50,612 nucleotides of DNA from NCBI GenBank assembly GCA_050733015.1, contig JBOHSB010000025.1, positions 1 through 50,612 on the forward strand, given 5' to 3'. A program made the translations under genes and the position numbers. This stretch comes from Gemmatimonadales bacterium (GTDB lineage: Bacteria; Gemmatimonadota; Gemmatimonadetes; Gemmatimonadales; GWC2-71-9). The notes under the pieces were generated by a model. The model saw only the letters and a list, made by a program, of their open reading frames with translations, was not told where the DNA came from and did no database searches. This document shows, piece after piece, positions 7,904-16,919 of the stretch (position 1 is the first letter of the stretch; each line of letters opens with the position of its first letter).

Positions 7904-10354
7904 TCAATGCTGAATGACGAAGCGGTCCCCCTGGACACCGAGTCTGAGGACCGTCGTCTGGTCCGGCACGATCGTCACCGGCTCCTCGAGCTGTTGTCCG
8001 GCCGCCTGGATGCGGACCCGGTAGTCCCCTGCCGGCAGCTCACGGGACAGCTCGCTCGACTCCCCCGACGCCAGCACCTTGCCTGCCTTGTCCAGGACGT
8101 CGTACGGCAGGTGCTGCAGCGCGGCGAGCCTGATGGCGCGCGACAGCTGCTGGCCGTCCTGCGCCCCGTAGTACTGGCCACCCGTCGAGGCCGCGAAGCT
8201 CCCCAGCTCGGTCTCGACCTGCTTCCCCGTCAGGGTGAAGCCCACGATGTTGAGTGTGACCTTCACCCCCGACGCCTTGATCTCGCGCGCCGCCGACTGC
8301 GGATTGCCCTTGCAGCTCTCCTCGCCGTCGGTGATCAGGATGACCGACCCGCCGCCGGCCGCCTTGAGGTCGTCGACGGTCTTGAGCACCGAGCGCACCA
8401 GCGGCGTCTCACCCCGCGGCTTCAACGGCGAGGTCGCCTTCACCAGCCGCTCGCGGTCGAGCTTGCCCATCGGCACGAGCAGCTCGGTGTCCTGGCAGGT
8501 CTGCGCGGACTTGGACGGATAGCGATGGCCATAGACCCTGAGGCCCACGTTCAGGTCCTCGGGCAGGGTGGCCACGACGTCCTGGAGGACCTGGAGCGCC
8601 GTGGTCCAGCGAGTGCCCTCGCCGAGCTTGGTGTTCATCGAGCCCGAGACGTCGAGCACGATCTCGAGGTTGCGCGCAGCCTTATCGCCCTGCTTCACCA
8701 CCTGGAGCGCGCCGGTCGGATCGGGCCCGTACGAGCCGGCGAGACCGATCACCGCCCACATGGTCGGGGCAAAGATGGACTTGCGCTGACTCTCGGTGTG
8801 CACCGCCCTCCATGTGCCGTTGTCGGGCGACGTGTCGCTCACCGTCTGCGTCTTGAGCAGATACTCCACGCCGCGCCGGAACATGTCCGAGCGAACGCTG
8901 ACGCCGGCCTGCTTGAAGGCGTACAGCACCTGACCCGTCGCGAAGGCGTTCGAGCTGTCCACGGCCGCGGATTCCTTCCAGCCGCCGTCGCGCTGCTGCT
9001 GGGCCGCCAGCTCCTCCACCAGCGACCAGGCCTGGCGCTTGTGGTCCGGCGTGCCGTAGTGATCGAGGGTGACGATCTTGAAGACCCGGTCCTGAGTGGT
9101 GATGGGATCGAGGGCGGCCATCCAGGCGAATCCACGCTCGGCGGCCTGGCCATACTTCGGATCCGGGGAATGCGCGGCCGCCCATTTGAGGGCCACGAGC
9201 GCGTTGCCCATGAGCATGAGCTGCCCTTGCAGGATCGGCGGGTCCGGGTTCCCGTCGAACGGAATCGAGCCGTCCGGCGCCTGACTCCTCACCAGATAGT
9301 CGACCAGGTTGAGGAGCTCACGGTCCTTCGTGCGCCCGCTCGCCTCGTCCGCCTGGGCATAGCCCATCGCGCCGAACGTCGCTGACGTCAGTTCAGCCTG
9401 TTGACCGATCCGGCCCTCCGGCGTCGTCTGCTTGCGCATCAGGTCCGTGAGGACCTGCATCCCCGGCACGCTCACCCGGTAGCCCTGCTTGAGGGCGACC
9501 GCCTGACCCATGAGCGACTGCGCCTGGACGTGGCAGCCGAAGCATCCATCCGGTGGGGGCTGCCAGTTCACCGCCGACTGTTGCAGCCAGTCGAGGCCGC
9601 GCTGCGCCGCTTGGCGCGGACTGCCTTTCCAGAACTTGACCCGCGGCTCGCGCTCGAACAGCGGGACATACCCCTCCCGCGCCGACTCCAGGACCCGCAG
9701 CTCGGCGATCTCGACCACGCGCGCCGTGGCGCCCGCGATCAGGCGAAGCTTCACGAACCGCGCTTGGGTGGCGGGGAAGGTGACGGTCTGCTCGGTCGCC
9801 TTGGTGTCGAGCGTGGCCGCCGCGACCCGAGTGAAGTGTTCGGGCGCCTGGTCCATCGCCGTCCAGACTTCGACCTGCGCCGGAGCGGTCGACGAGTCGT
9901 TCTCGACCGTCACCGTCGGCGGCTGCGGCACCACGAGGGTGATGGCGCCGATCAGCGCCGGCTTCCGCTCGTAGAAGGAAAGGACGATGTCCTGCGGATA
10001 CGTGGTCCAGTAGGTCGGGTTGTACATCCCCCCCGGCCACCAGTTGTCGGGCGCCCGCCACGTCGGCGTGAGACGGCCATCGATCAGCCTGCGACCGCTC
10101 AGCCCCGGTCCGTAGAACCCCGTCAGCTCCTCGAGCGCGCCACCCATGTCGGCCGCGACCAGATTGACGTCGGTCAGGGTCGCCGGCGCCTCGGGCTTGG
10201 CGGCGGCCGCCGGCGGCGTCGGGGCCGTCGCGGGAGGTGCCGAGCCGGGGCGATCGCTCGCGGGCCCTTTGTCGCCGCCCTTGGCGCACGCCGTGCCCTG
10301 CAGGAGCGCGGCGCCGAGCATCCCGATCAGGCCCAGTCTCGTGCGGCGCGTCAT
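7904..10354 (-). CDS. multidomain lipoprotein: galactose-binding-like domain, CxxCH motif, prenyltransferase/terpene-cyclase-like repeats, vWA domain, C-terminal beta-sandwich
   Basis: Lipobox MTRRTRLGLIGMLGAALLQGTAC (ATG at 10354). CFGCH is encoded at 9530-9544. Toroid-type repeats include QAPDGSIPFDG and QRDGGWKES. vWA MIDAS motif is LDVSGSM ... ILITDGEES. The ORF track extends to 10543, but that upstream part is Arg-rich and not signal-like. Confidence 0.85.
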   Translation of the reverse strand: MTRRTRLGLIGMLGAALLQGTACAKGGDKGPASDRPGSAPPATAPTPPAAAAKPEAPATLTDVNLVAADMGGALEELTGFYGPGLSGRRLIDGRLTPTWRAPDNWWPGGMYNPTYWTTYPQDIVLSFYERKPALIGAITLVVPQPPTVTVENDSSTAPAQVEVWTAMDQAPEHFTRVAAATLDTKATEQTVTFPATQARFVKLRLIAGATARVVEIAELRVLESAREGYVPLFEREPRVKFWKGSPRQAAQRGLDWLQQSAVNWQPPPDGCFGCHVQAQSLMGQAVALKQGYRVSVPGMQVLTDLMRKQTTPEGRIGQQAELTSATFGAMGYAQADEASGRTKDRELLNLVDYLVRSQAPDGSIPFDGNPDPPILQGQLMLMGNALVALKWAAAHSPDPKYGQAAERGFAWMAALDPITTQDRVFKIVTLDHYGTPDHKRQAWSLVEELAAQQQRDGGWKESAAVDSSNAFATGQVLYAFKQAGVSVRSDMFRRGVEYLLKTQTVSDTSPDNGTWRAVHTESQRKSIFAPTMWAVIGLAGSYGPDPTGALQVVKQGDKAARNLEIVLDVSGSMNTKLGEGTRWTTALQVLQDVVATLPEDLNVGLRVYGHRYPSKSAQTCQDTELLVPMGKLDRERLVKATSPLKPRGETPLVRSVLKTVDDLKAAGGGSVILITDGEESCKGNPQSAAREIKASGVKVTLNIVGFTLTGKQVETELGSFAASTGGQYYGAQDGQQLSRAIRLAALQHLPYDVLDKAGKVLASGESSELSRELPAGDYRVRIQAAGQQLEEPVTIVPDQTTVLRLGVQGDRFVIQH

Positions 10355-10983
10355 ACGCTCACCACCGCGGCGCGAATCGCGCCGCTCGATGCGAGCGGCG
10401 CCCGACGAAAGTGCAGCTGCTGCAGGTCGCGATTGAAGTCGGCGATGTCGCCCTGGAAGGCAATCTTGGCCATGCGGCACCTGGCTCGAGAGTCGTCGAT
10501 CTCGGCATCGTGGCTGGGGCCACGGTGCAGCGAATGGCTTCACTGTGCGCGGCGCCCGGATGGGAAATCCACTCGACCATGTGTGGCCGAGGAATTCCTG
10601 GGATGGCGCGTGCCAGCGACAAGCCGCAAGAGCCGAAGTGGTGCACGGCGTCTGATACCGACTTCGGTCTGATCGCGAATGTGAGCAAGGGGACCAAAAC
10701 GGTCCGGGTCTATGTTATGGCCAGGGGGACAAAATGGCTAGAGCGGCGAACTGCGGCCTCGGTCGACCGCCTGAACCCGGGCGTCCCGGACCCGCGTAGA
10801 GAAACGAGCGGCCTGGGGCTCGCAGATCCGGTTCGATCAGACGATCAGCGGACCTTCACCGGTCACGCTCCGGGCCCCACCTCGCCACTAGGGCCAAAAA
10901 GCCGGCGCAGCGTCAGGCGCGCGATCCAGCGTCTGAATGCTGCTGCTCCCGAAGTGTGGCCAGTTATTGGCCCGGGCCACCCA

Positions 10984-12906
10984 CGCGAAGTCCGACGGGA
11001 GGCGATCCGGAAGGCGCTCGCGCCGGTGGCGGCGGACCGGTTCGCAACCGCGGCGCAGGTCGCCCAGGCGCTGCATGCGAGCACGTCCGAGGTGACGACC
11101 GCCGCTGCGCCAACCTTGCCCGCCGCCGCCGCACTGCCGCTACGACGTCGCCCGGTCCCGGTCGCCGCCGTCGCGCTGACCGCCGGCCTCCTCATCGGCG
11201 GCGGCCTGCTGTTCGCCTGGCGGCACTCCGGCGCAGGCGCCGAGGCGCCGGCCGGCCACCGGGTCGTTGCCGTGCTCCCGTTCGACAACCTGGGCGACTC
11301 GGCCGACGCCTACTTCGCCGACGGCGTGAGCGACGAGGTGCGCAGCCGGCTCGGCAAGGTCGCGGGGCTGGAGGTGATCGCCCGTGGCAGCTCGATCGAG
11401 TATCGCCGCACGACCAAGCGCCCGACGGAGATCGCACATGAGCTGGGCGCCGACTATCTCCTCACGGGCACCGTGCGCTGGGACAAGGCTGGCAGCTCGA
11501 GCCGGGTGCGGGTCATCCCCGAGCTGGTAGACGCGCGGCCGGGTCAGGCGGCGCACTCGCGGTGGGGCGAGCAGTTCGACGCGGCGATGACCGACGTGTT
11601 CCAGGTCCAGGGCGACATCGCGACCAAGGTGGCCGACGCGCTCGGCCTGGCGCTGGCCGACAGCACCCAGCGCGAGCTCACGGCCAAGCCGACCGAGAAC
11701 CTGGCCGCCTATGACGAGTTCCTGAAGGGCGAGGCGGCGTCGCAGGCGATGGGCGTAACCGATCCCCCGAGCCTCAGGCGAGCGATCGGGTTCTATGAGC
11801 GTGCGGTCGCGCTCGATTCGCTGTTCGCGACGGCCTGGGCGCGGCTGTCCCACGCCCGAACTCGTCTGTACGCGAACGGCGTTCCCGACCCGGCGTTGGG
11901 CGAGCAAGCGCGGCTCGCGGCGGAGCGCGCCCGCCGGCTCAAGCCGAAGGAGCCCTTGGTCTACCGAGCCTTCGGCGCGTACTACACGAGCGTCAATCCC
12001 ATCGACCTCGATCACGCGCTCGCGGAGAACGAGCAGGGAGTCCGACTGGCCCCCGACAACGTCGGGCTGCTCGGGGCACTTGGGGTGACCGAGTCGAATC
12101 TCGGCCGCTGGGCCAGCGCGGCCGTGCTGATTTCGCGCGCGGCGCTGCTGGATCCACGCTCGGCCATCACTGCCAGCCAACTGAGCGATGTGCTCACGAA
12201 ACTTCGGCGGTACGCCGCGGCCGACTCTGCCGCCGATCGGGGGATCGCGCTCGCTCCTACCGATCCGGGAGTGGCGTGGCAGAAGGTGTTGGTTGCTCTG
12301 GCGCGGGGCCACCTCGACAGCGCCCGGGCGGTGATTCGCGCGTCCGCGCGGCAGATCGATCCCGGGGCCCTCTTCAGCTACCTGGCGACCTATCAGGATC
12401 TTGGCTGAGCGCTGGACGACCAGGCGCAACGGCTGGTGCTCACCTTGTCGCCGAACGCGTTCGACAACGACCCGGCGAACTGGGCGATCGTTCGGACCCA
12501 GCTCTATCATCTCCGGGGTGATCGCGGCCGGACGGCCATCTACGCGGACTCGGCCCGGAGCTCGTTCGCCGAACAGAGCCGGGCGGCGCCTGAGGACGCG
12601 CAGCGCCACGCGTTGCTCGGGCTGGCCCTGGCCTATCTGGGACGGAAGGAGGAAGCGGTGCGGGAGGGCCGGCGAGGGGTGGAGCTGAAGCCGATCAGCC
12701 TGGACGCGTATACCGGTCCCTACATCCAGCTCCAGCTCGCCCGGATCTACCTGCTGGTCGGCGAGCCGGAGAAGGCGCTGGACCAGCTGGAGCCGCTGCT
12801 CCGGATCCCGTACTATCTCTCGCCCGGCTGGCTGCGGATCGATCCCACCTTCGATCCGGTTCGAAACAACCCGCGGTTCAAGAAGCTCGTGGAGGGAACC
12901 GCGTAG
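10984..12906 (+). pseudogene. decayed Ser/Thr kinase paralogue: only the kinase tail + TM + TolB-like + TPR remain, interrupted by an in-frame TGA at 12406-12408
   Basis: ALAPVAADRFATAAQVAQAL matches the end of a kinase domain (compare ...RADRFGSVAEFVAAL in the 1813 gene). It is followed by a TM segment and VAVLPFDNLGDSADAYFADGVSDEV. ORFs 10237-12408 and 12436-12906 are in the same frame, separated only by the TGA. No catalytic kinase motifs lie upstream. Confidence 0.6.
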
Positions 12907-12996
12907 ACCTCCAAAGCCCGTCATCACGGTCGAGGAGGCCGTCCGCGGTGAGCTCGAGGTGATTGCCTGCCGGGACGGACTGAAAGGCACCGGCAC

Positions 12997-13143
12997 ACCC
13001 CGACCCGCGTGCTCGGCAACCTGACCTTCCGCCATGTGAGCGCCGGCGCCGGCGACACCTGCGCGGTCATCACGGGTGACCGAGCCTGGTGCTGGGGCGG
13101 CGACCAGTTCGGTCAGCTGGGCGACAATGATGTGGTGCCGTGA
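12997..13143 (+). pseudogene. isolated RCC1-like repeat fragment (gene remnant)
   Basis: Frame 1 reads TPTRVLGNLTFRHVSAGAGDTCAVITGDRAWCWGGDQFGQLGDNDVVP followed by a stop. This is one RCC1/ATS1-type blade motif. There is no start codon, and an in-frame stop lies at 12949. Confidence 0.5.
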
Positions 13144-13253
13144 ACGTCTGACCCCGCATGGGCGCTCTTTGCTAAAGCGAAGTACCGCACTATTGGCCGT
13201 GCAGCGTGCCCCCACCGCTCGTGGTCGTACGTACTTCCAGGTCCATGTCATGT

Positions 13254-13286
13254 TTGCGACAGGCTTCCCTCTAGAGGCTGTCGCAA
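13254..13286. promoter_or_regulatory. composite palindrome: 9-bp inverted arms TTGCGACAG/CTGTCGCAA enclosing the perfect palindrome CCTCTAGAGG
   Basis: Read directly. Arms are at 13254-13262 and 13278-13286; the inner palindrome is at 13268-13277. It lies 110 nt upstream of the 13397 gene. Confidence 0.35.
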
Positions 13287-13396
13287 TTTCACTCGTTGCC
13301 GTCACGGATTGACCCTGGCTCAGTTCGGGAGCGCCGCGTAAGTTCAAAGTGATCGAAGTTGCGTGCCACCTTCCCATGACGGGAGGAGGTCCTCAT

Positions 13397-13852
13397 ATGA
13401 CAGGGGGCGAGATCAAGCTCGAACCCGGACCTTCGCTCGGTGACATCAAGAACGCCCCGACGGAGACTCCTGTTGAAGCTCCCCCGGTCAAGCCGTCGCC
13501 GTTCCGCCTCGACCGAGCTGGAGTTGACCTGGCGAAGTTCGTGTTGTGGATGATGGCTGGCTTTGTCCTGCTCATGCTCGCGTACATGGTCTACGCCGAG
13601 CACCAATCCGACGTCATCCTGACCACGACATTCACCCGCTTTCAATCCAGTCCGGCCGACAGCAGCGCCTTCAAGCTCGCGGTCCAGCAGATCGACGCAT
13701 TTCAGAAGTCCTCGAGAGACTTCCTTCACGAAATCCTGAACATGGTTCTTCTCAATGTCCTCTTGCCGGTCCTGACTGCGCTCCTGGGCTATGTGTTCGG
13801 AAAGCAGTCCGGCGAGCTGAGTTCCGCCAAGGAAGAGGCCAAGGTCCCTTGA
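13397..13852 (+). CDS. small two-TM membrane protein, unknown family, in a lower-G+C islet
   Basis: Strong RBS GGGAGGAGG at 13381-13389 before the ATG at 13397. Hydrophobic segments are FVLWMMAGFVLLMLAYMVY and MVLLNVLLPVLTALLGYVF. Confidence 0.6.
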   Translation: MTGGEIKLEPGPSLGDIKNAPTETPVEAPPVKPSPFRLDRAGVDLAKFVLWMMAGFVLLMLAYMVYAEHQSDVILTTTFTRFQSSPADSSAFKLAVQQIDAFQKSSRDFLHEILNMVLLNVLLPVLTALLGYVFGKQSGELSSAKEEAKVP

Positions 13853-13939
13853 CAGGTGGATGAACTATGGAGATATTATGGACGTTAGATGGATACCAAT
13901 TGGGACCATAAATTGTATCTGCACACAGGACAACAACTT

Positions 13940-14194
13940 ATGCCAGAGATCCGTTTCGTGGTAGACCAGGACTACCTCCAGCAGTTGCAAGAACTCCTCA
14001 GGGAGCCGAAATCCACGGAGGTAACCCGCTCTGCTCTCACCCTACTCAAGTGGGCAGCGGAAGAGGTCAGGAATGGAAGAGTCATTCTCTCGTCGACCCC
14101 TGACGGTGGTGATGTAAAGCGACTCGCGATGCCAGCGCTAGATAGTGCCGCCCGCGCCTCTTCCACCTCATCGGCTTCATCCGCCACCCGGTAA
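13940..14194 (+). CDS. putative ribbon-helix-helix (CopG/Arc/MetJ-like) protein
   Basis: MPEIRFVVDQDYLQQLQELLREPKSTEVTRSALTLLKWAAEEV fits a beta-strand/helix/helix pattern. AGGA lies upstream. The ORF could also start at 13889, which has no RBS. Confidence 0.4.
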   Translation: MPEIRFVVDQDYLQQLQELLREPKSTEVTRSALTLLKWAAEEVRNGRVILSSTPDGGDVKRLAMPALDSAARASSTSSASSATR

Positions 14195-14474
14195 TTCTCT
14201 CGCATAGGGGGGCAGGGACTAACGTCCTCGTGCGATAGTCCGTGACCACCTTTGAGGCGAGAGGGGAGCCGCCACGTCCGGGTCTGCATTACCTGCACAC
14301 GAGTGGCATGGCCCTGCCTTAGGCTTACAACCGCATCATACGAGGGGGCGTCAAGCGGATTTCAGGCGCGCCGGAGGAGTTTGGAGCGCCACCATGTCGC
14401 CCAATCCGAGATCGCCATGACCGACTGCCGCTGGAGGCGCGGCGTCGTGGCCTGGACTCGGCAGGATCCTCCAC

Positions 14475-15647
14475 TCACCATCGCAGGCCGGTCACCCCGC
14501 CCCCGGCCGGAATCCGAATCCCGCCAGCCCGAGCCTCGTCGAGCCGGATGACGGTCGCAGGCCGCTGTCCCGCGAGCAGGAATGGACCGGCGGGAAGGTG
14601 CCTGGCCACACGCTCCATCAGCATCGGCCCCGCGACCCCCGCGGCGCCGGCCGCAAGGAACAGCAGGCTGGCCGGCGCCGCGGGGTGGGCCACCGCCAGG
14701 ACCAGCACCGCGGCGACGAAGAGCGGATGGTAGAGATAGATCGGATAGGACGACGCTCCGATCCGCTCGAGAACGGACACCCGCGGCAGCATCTCCAGGG
14801 CGCAGAGACTCGCCGACATGCCGATCAGCAGATGCAAGGCGGAGCGGTGCGCCAGGGGATCGATCGGCGCCGGCGAGCTGGTGAGCACGAGGTAGGTATG
14901 CAGTCCCTGGGCGACCGCCAGACACAGCAGGGTCGCGAGCACCGCCCGTCTCGAGCGCAGCTGACCCCGAAAGCGATGCGCGCCGAGCCCACAGAGAAAG
15001 AACGGGAACAGATAGGTGGCGTTGTGGACGCCCAGGATGTTGCGTGCCTCGAACGGCGCGGCGGCGTAGAGCGCCACCGCCGCCGCGAACACGGCCAGGA
15101 ATCGCGGGAACGTCGCCAGGGCGCCGAGCCACTCCAGCGCGATCAGCACGGTGAACACCAGCAGCAGGGCCTGCACGAACCACAGGTGCCAGTACGGAAA
15201 CACGTAGATCGTCCAGAGGTCCGACAGCGGTGGGACCGGATGGTGCATCACGGTGTGCAGGACATACAGCACCGTCGAGGCGACGATCAGCGGCACCCCG
15301 AGCCGGCGGAGCTTCTTCCCCATGAACCAGCGCTCGTCTCCGGCCCGGAGAGGCCGCCAGGCGTAGACCAGGCCGGAGAGAAAGGTGAAGGCCGGCATCC
15401 GCATGTGCACGAACAGGTTGGTGAACAGCCGGTAGGCGGAATCGTCGGCCACGTGCAGCCCTGAGGCAGCCGTCGAGCCGATGGCGTGAAACGCGACCAG
15501 GAGCAGGCAGGCGAGACCGCGCATGGTTTGCACCCGGGCCGACTCCAGCGAGTCGACACGGCCGTCGACCCGGCTCTGGGGCGACGGTCCACGCCGCCAG
15601 CCGATGCGATCCATGGAAAGGCGCTGCCAATCCACGACGTGCAACAT
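14475..15647 (-). CDS. acyltransferase family 3 (OafA/YrhL-like) integral membrane protein
   Basis: N-terminal RVDSLESARVQTMRGLACLLLVAFH signature and about 10 hydrophobic segments. The start may be the internal Met at 15614. Confidence 0.8.
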   Translation of the reverse strand: MLHVVDWQRLSMDRIGWRRGPSPQSRVDGRVDSLESARVQTMRGLACLLLVAFHAIGSTAASGLHVADDSAYRLFTNLFVHMRMPAFTFLSGLVYAWRPLRAGDERWFMGKKLRRLGVPLIVASTVLYVLHTVMHHPVPPLSDLWTIYVFPYWHLWFVQALLLVFTVLIALEWLGALATFPRFLAVFAAAVALYAAAPFEARNILGVHNATYLFPFFLCGLGAHRFRGQLRSRRAVLATLLCLAVAQGLHTYLVLTSSPAPIDPLAHRSALHLLIGMSASLCALEMLPRVSVLERIGASSYPIYLYHPLFVAAVLVLAVAHPAAPASLLFLAAGAAGVAGPMLMERVARHLPAGPFLLAGQRPATVIRLDEARAGGIRIPAGGGVTGLRW

Positions 15648-16020
15648 TGTGCGCTCCAGCCCCCCGAGCGGACTACCGTCCTTCGCGATATGGCTTGCAG
15701 TGGGTGATTGAGTCCGGGTGGGCGCAAAAGGCAGGCCCGGAAGCGGAGGCGCGTCGAGCGAGAAGCGATCAACTATCGTGTTGCGGCATGGTGGCTTGCC
15801 ACAGAGGGCCGGGACCAGTGCCTGGGGGTGTGGAGACCGTGCTCGGTCGGATCGTGGCTCGCCTGCCGCATGCTCACGGCACCGATCCCCGAAATCGTTC
15901 CCACCCGCCTAGCGGCGCCCGCCTGCCCGTCAGTCACGTACGGGTGTCGATCTGCCCGAGCCCCGTTCGACGTGCTGATAGAGGCCCCGACCGTCCACCC
16001 CAGCGGAGCGCGCCGCCCCG

Positions 16021-16536
16021 ATGTTCCTGGCTTTCGACCACCGCCCCTCCGACTCCCCGTTGATCGACCGCGTCTGGCGCTGCCGCAGCGCCCGCGCCGG
16101 CACCTTCCTCTCCGTCGCCGCGACGCACTCCGAGCTGGTCGTCACCCGACACCGCGGCCGCCTCCGCGTGACCCTCCGCGGCCCCGAGACCCGCCCCTCG
16201 GCGATCGGCGTCCCCGCCGAGGCCCTGAGCCGACGCCGCCGCACCGTCCAGCGCCACTTCCTGCTGGCGACCGGCATGACCCATCGCACCTGGCGCCAGA
16301 TCCAGCGCGCCCGCCATGCCGCGGTTCTGCTCCGCTCCGGCGCCTCCATCGCCGAGGCCGTGCACCAGGCCGGCTACTACGACCAGGCGCACCTGACCCG
16401 GTCGCTCACGCGACGGATCGGCACGACCCCGGCCCGGATCCAGCGTCAGGAGCGGCAGTTGTCGTTCCTGTACAAGACCCCCGCGTGGGCCGACGGTAAG
16501 TTGGTCGGTCTTTATCCCGGCGCGGAGCCGTCATGA
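16021..16536 (+). CDS. short AraC-family regulator (DUF6597-like N-terminus + single AraC HTH tail)
   Basis: N-terminus: MFLAFDHRPSDSPLIDRVWRCRSARAGTFLSVAATHSELVVT. C-terminus: TGMTHRTWRQIQRARHA...AGYYDQAHLTRSLTRRIGTTPARI...QLSFLYKT. ATGA overlap with the next gene. Confidence 0.7.
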   Translation: MFLAFDHRPSDSPLIDRVWRCRSARAGTFLSVAATHSELVVTRHRGRLRVTLRGPETRPSAIGVPAEALSRRRRTVQRHFLLATGMTHRTWRQIQRARHAAVLLRSGASIAEAVHQAGYYDQAHLTRSLTRRIGTTPARIQRQERQLSFLYKTPAWADGKLVGLYPGAEPS

Positions 16537-16919
16537 ACCCATCCGACCGCATCACCGCCTACATCGACGCCCTGGGCGACTGGCGCGGCCAGACGCTCGG
16601 CCGGCTACGCACGCTGATCCGGTCCGCCTCGCCCGATCTGGTCGAAGAGTGGAAGTGGAACACGCCGGTGTGGTCCTGCGGCGCCAATGTCCTCGCTGCG
16701 GGCGCGTTCCAGGATCACGTGAAGCTCAACTTCTTCAAGGGCGCGTCGCTCTCCGACCCGCGCGGTCTCTTCAACGCCGGCCTCGAGGCCAGGGCGAGCC
16801 GGGCCATCGACCTCCGCCAGGGCGACCGCCTCGACGAGGCGGCGCTCCGGGATCTCATCCGCGCCGCGGTCGCGCTCGAGCGGAAACCGCCGAAACCCAA
16901 ATCCAGGAGCTCCCGCTGA
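16533..16919 (+). CDS. DUF1801 (YdhG-like) domain protein
   Basis: ITAYIDALGDWRGQTLGRLRTLIRSASPDLVEEWKWNTPVW is typical of the family. Confidence 0.75.
   Translation: MNPSDRITAYIDALGDWRGQTLGRLRTLIRSASPDLVEEWKWNTPVWSCGANVLAAGAFQDHVKLNFFKGASLSDPRGLFNAGLEARASRAIDLRQGDRLDEAALRDLIRAAVALERKPPKPKSRSSR

Noticed and set aside
12406-12408. In-frame TGA as selenocysteine or programmed readthrough
   Set aside because: The context (YQDLG_ALDD) fits Trp, a one-base change from TGG, rather than a redox Cys/Sec site. I saw no obvious stem-loop immediately downstream. The gene has also lost its kinase domain, so a nonsense mutation or sequencing error is more parsimonious.
11140-13377. 745-aa minus-strand ORF spanning the decayed kinase gene, the RCC1 relic and part of the islet
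   Set aside because: It has low-complexity Arg/Gly/Pro composition and runs across clearly unrelated plus-strand modules. It has no recognisable domain.
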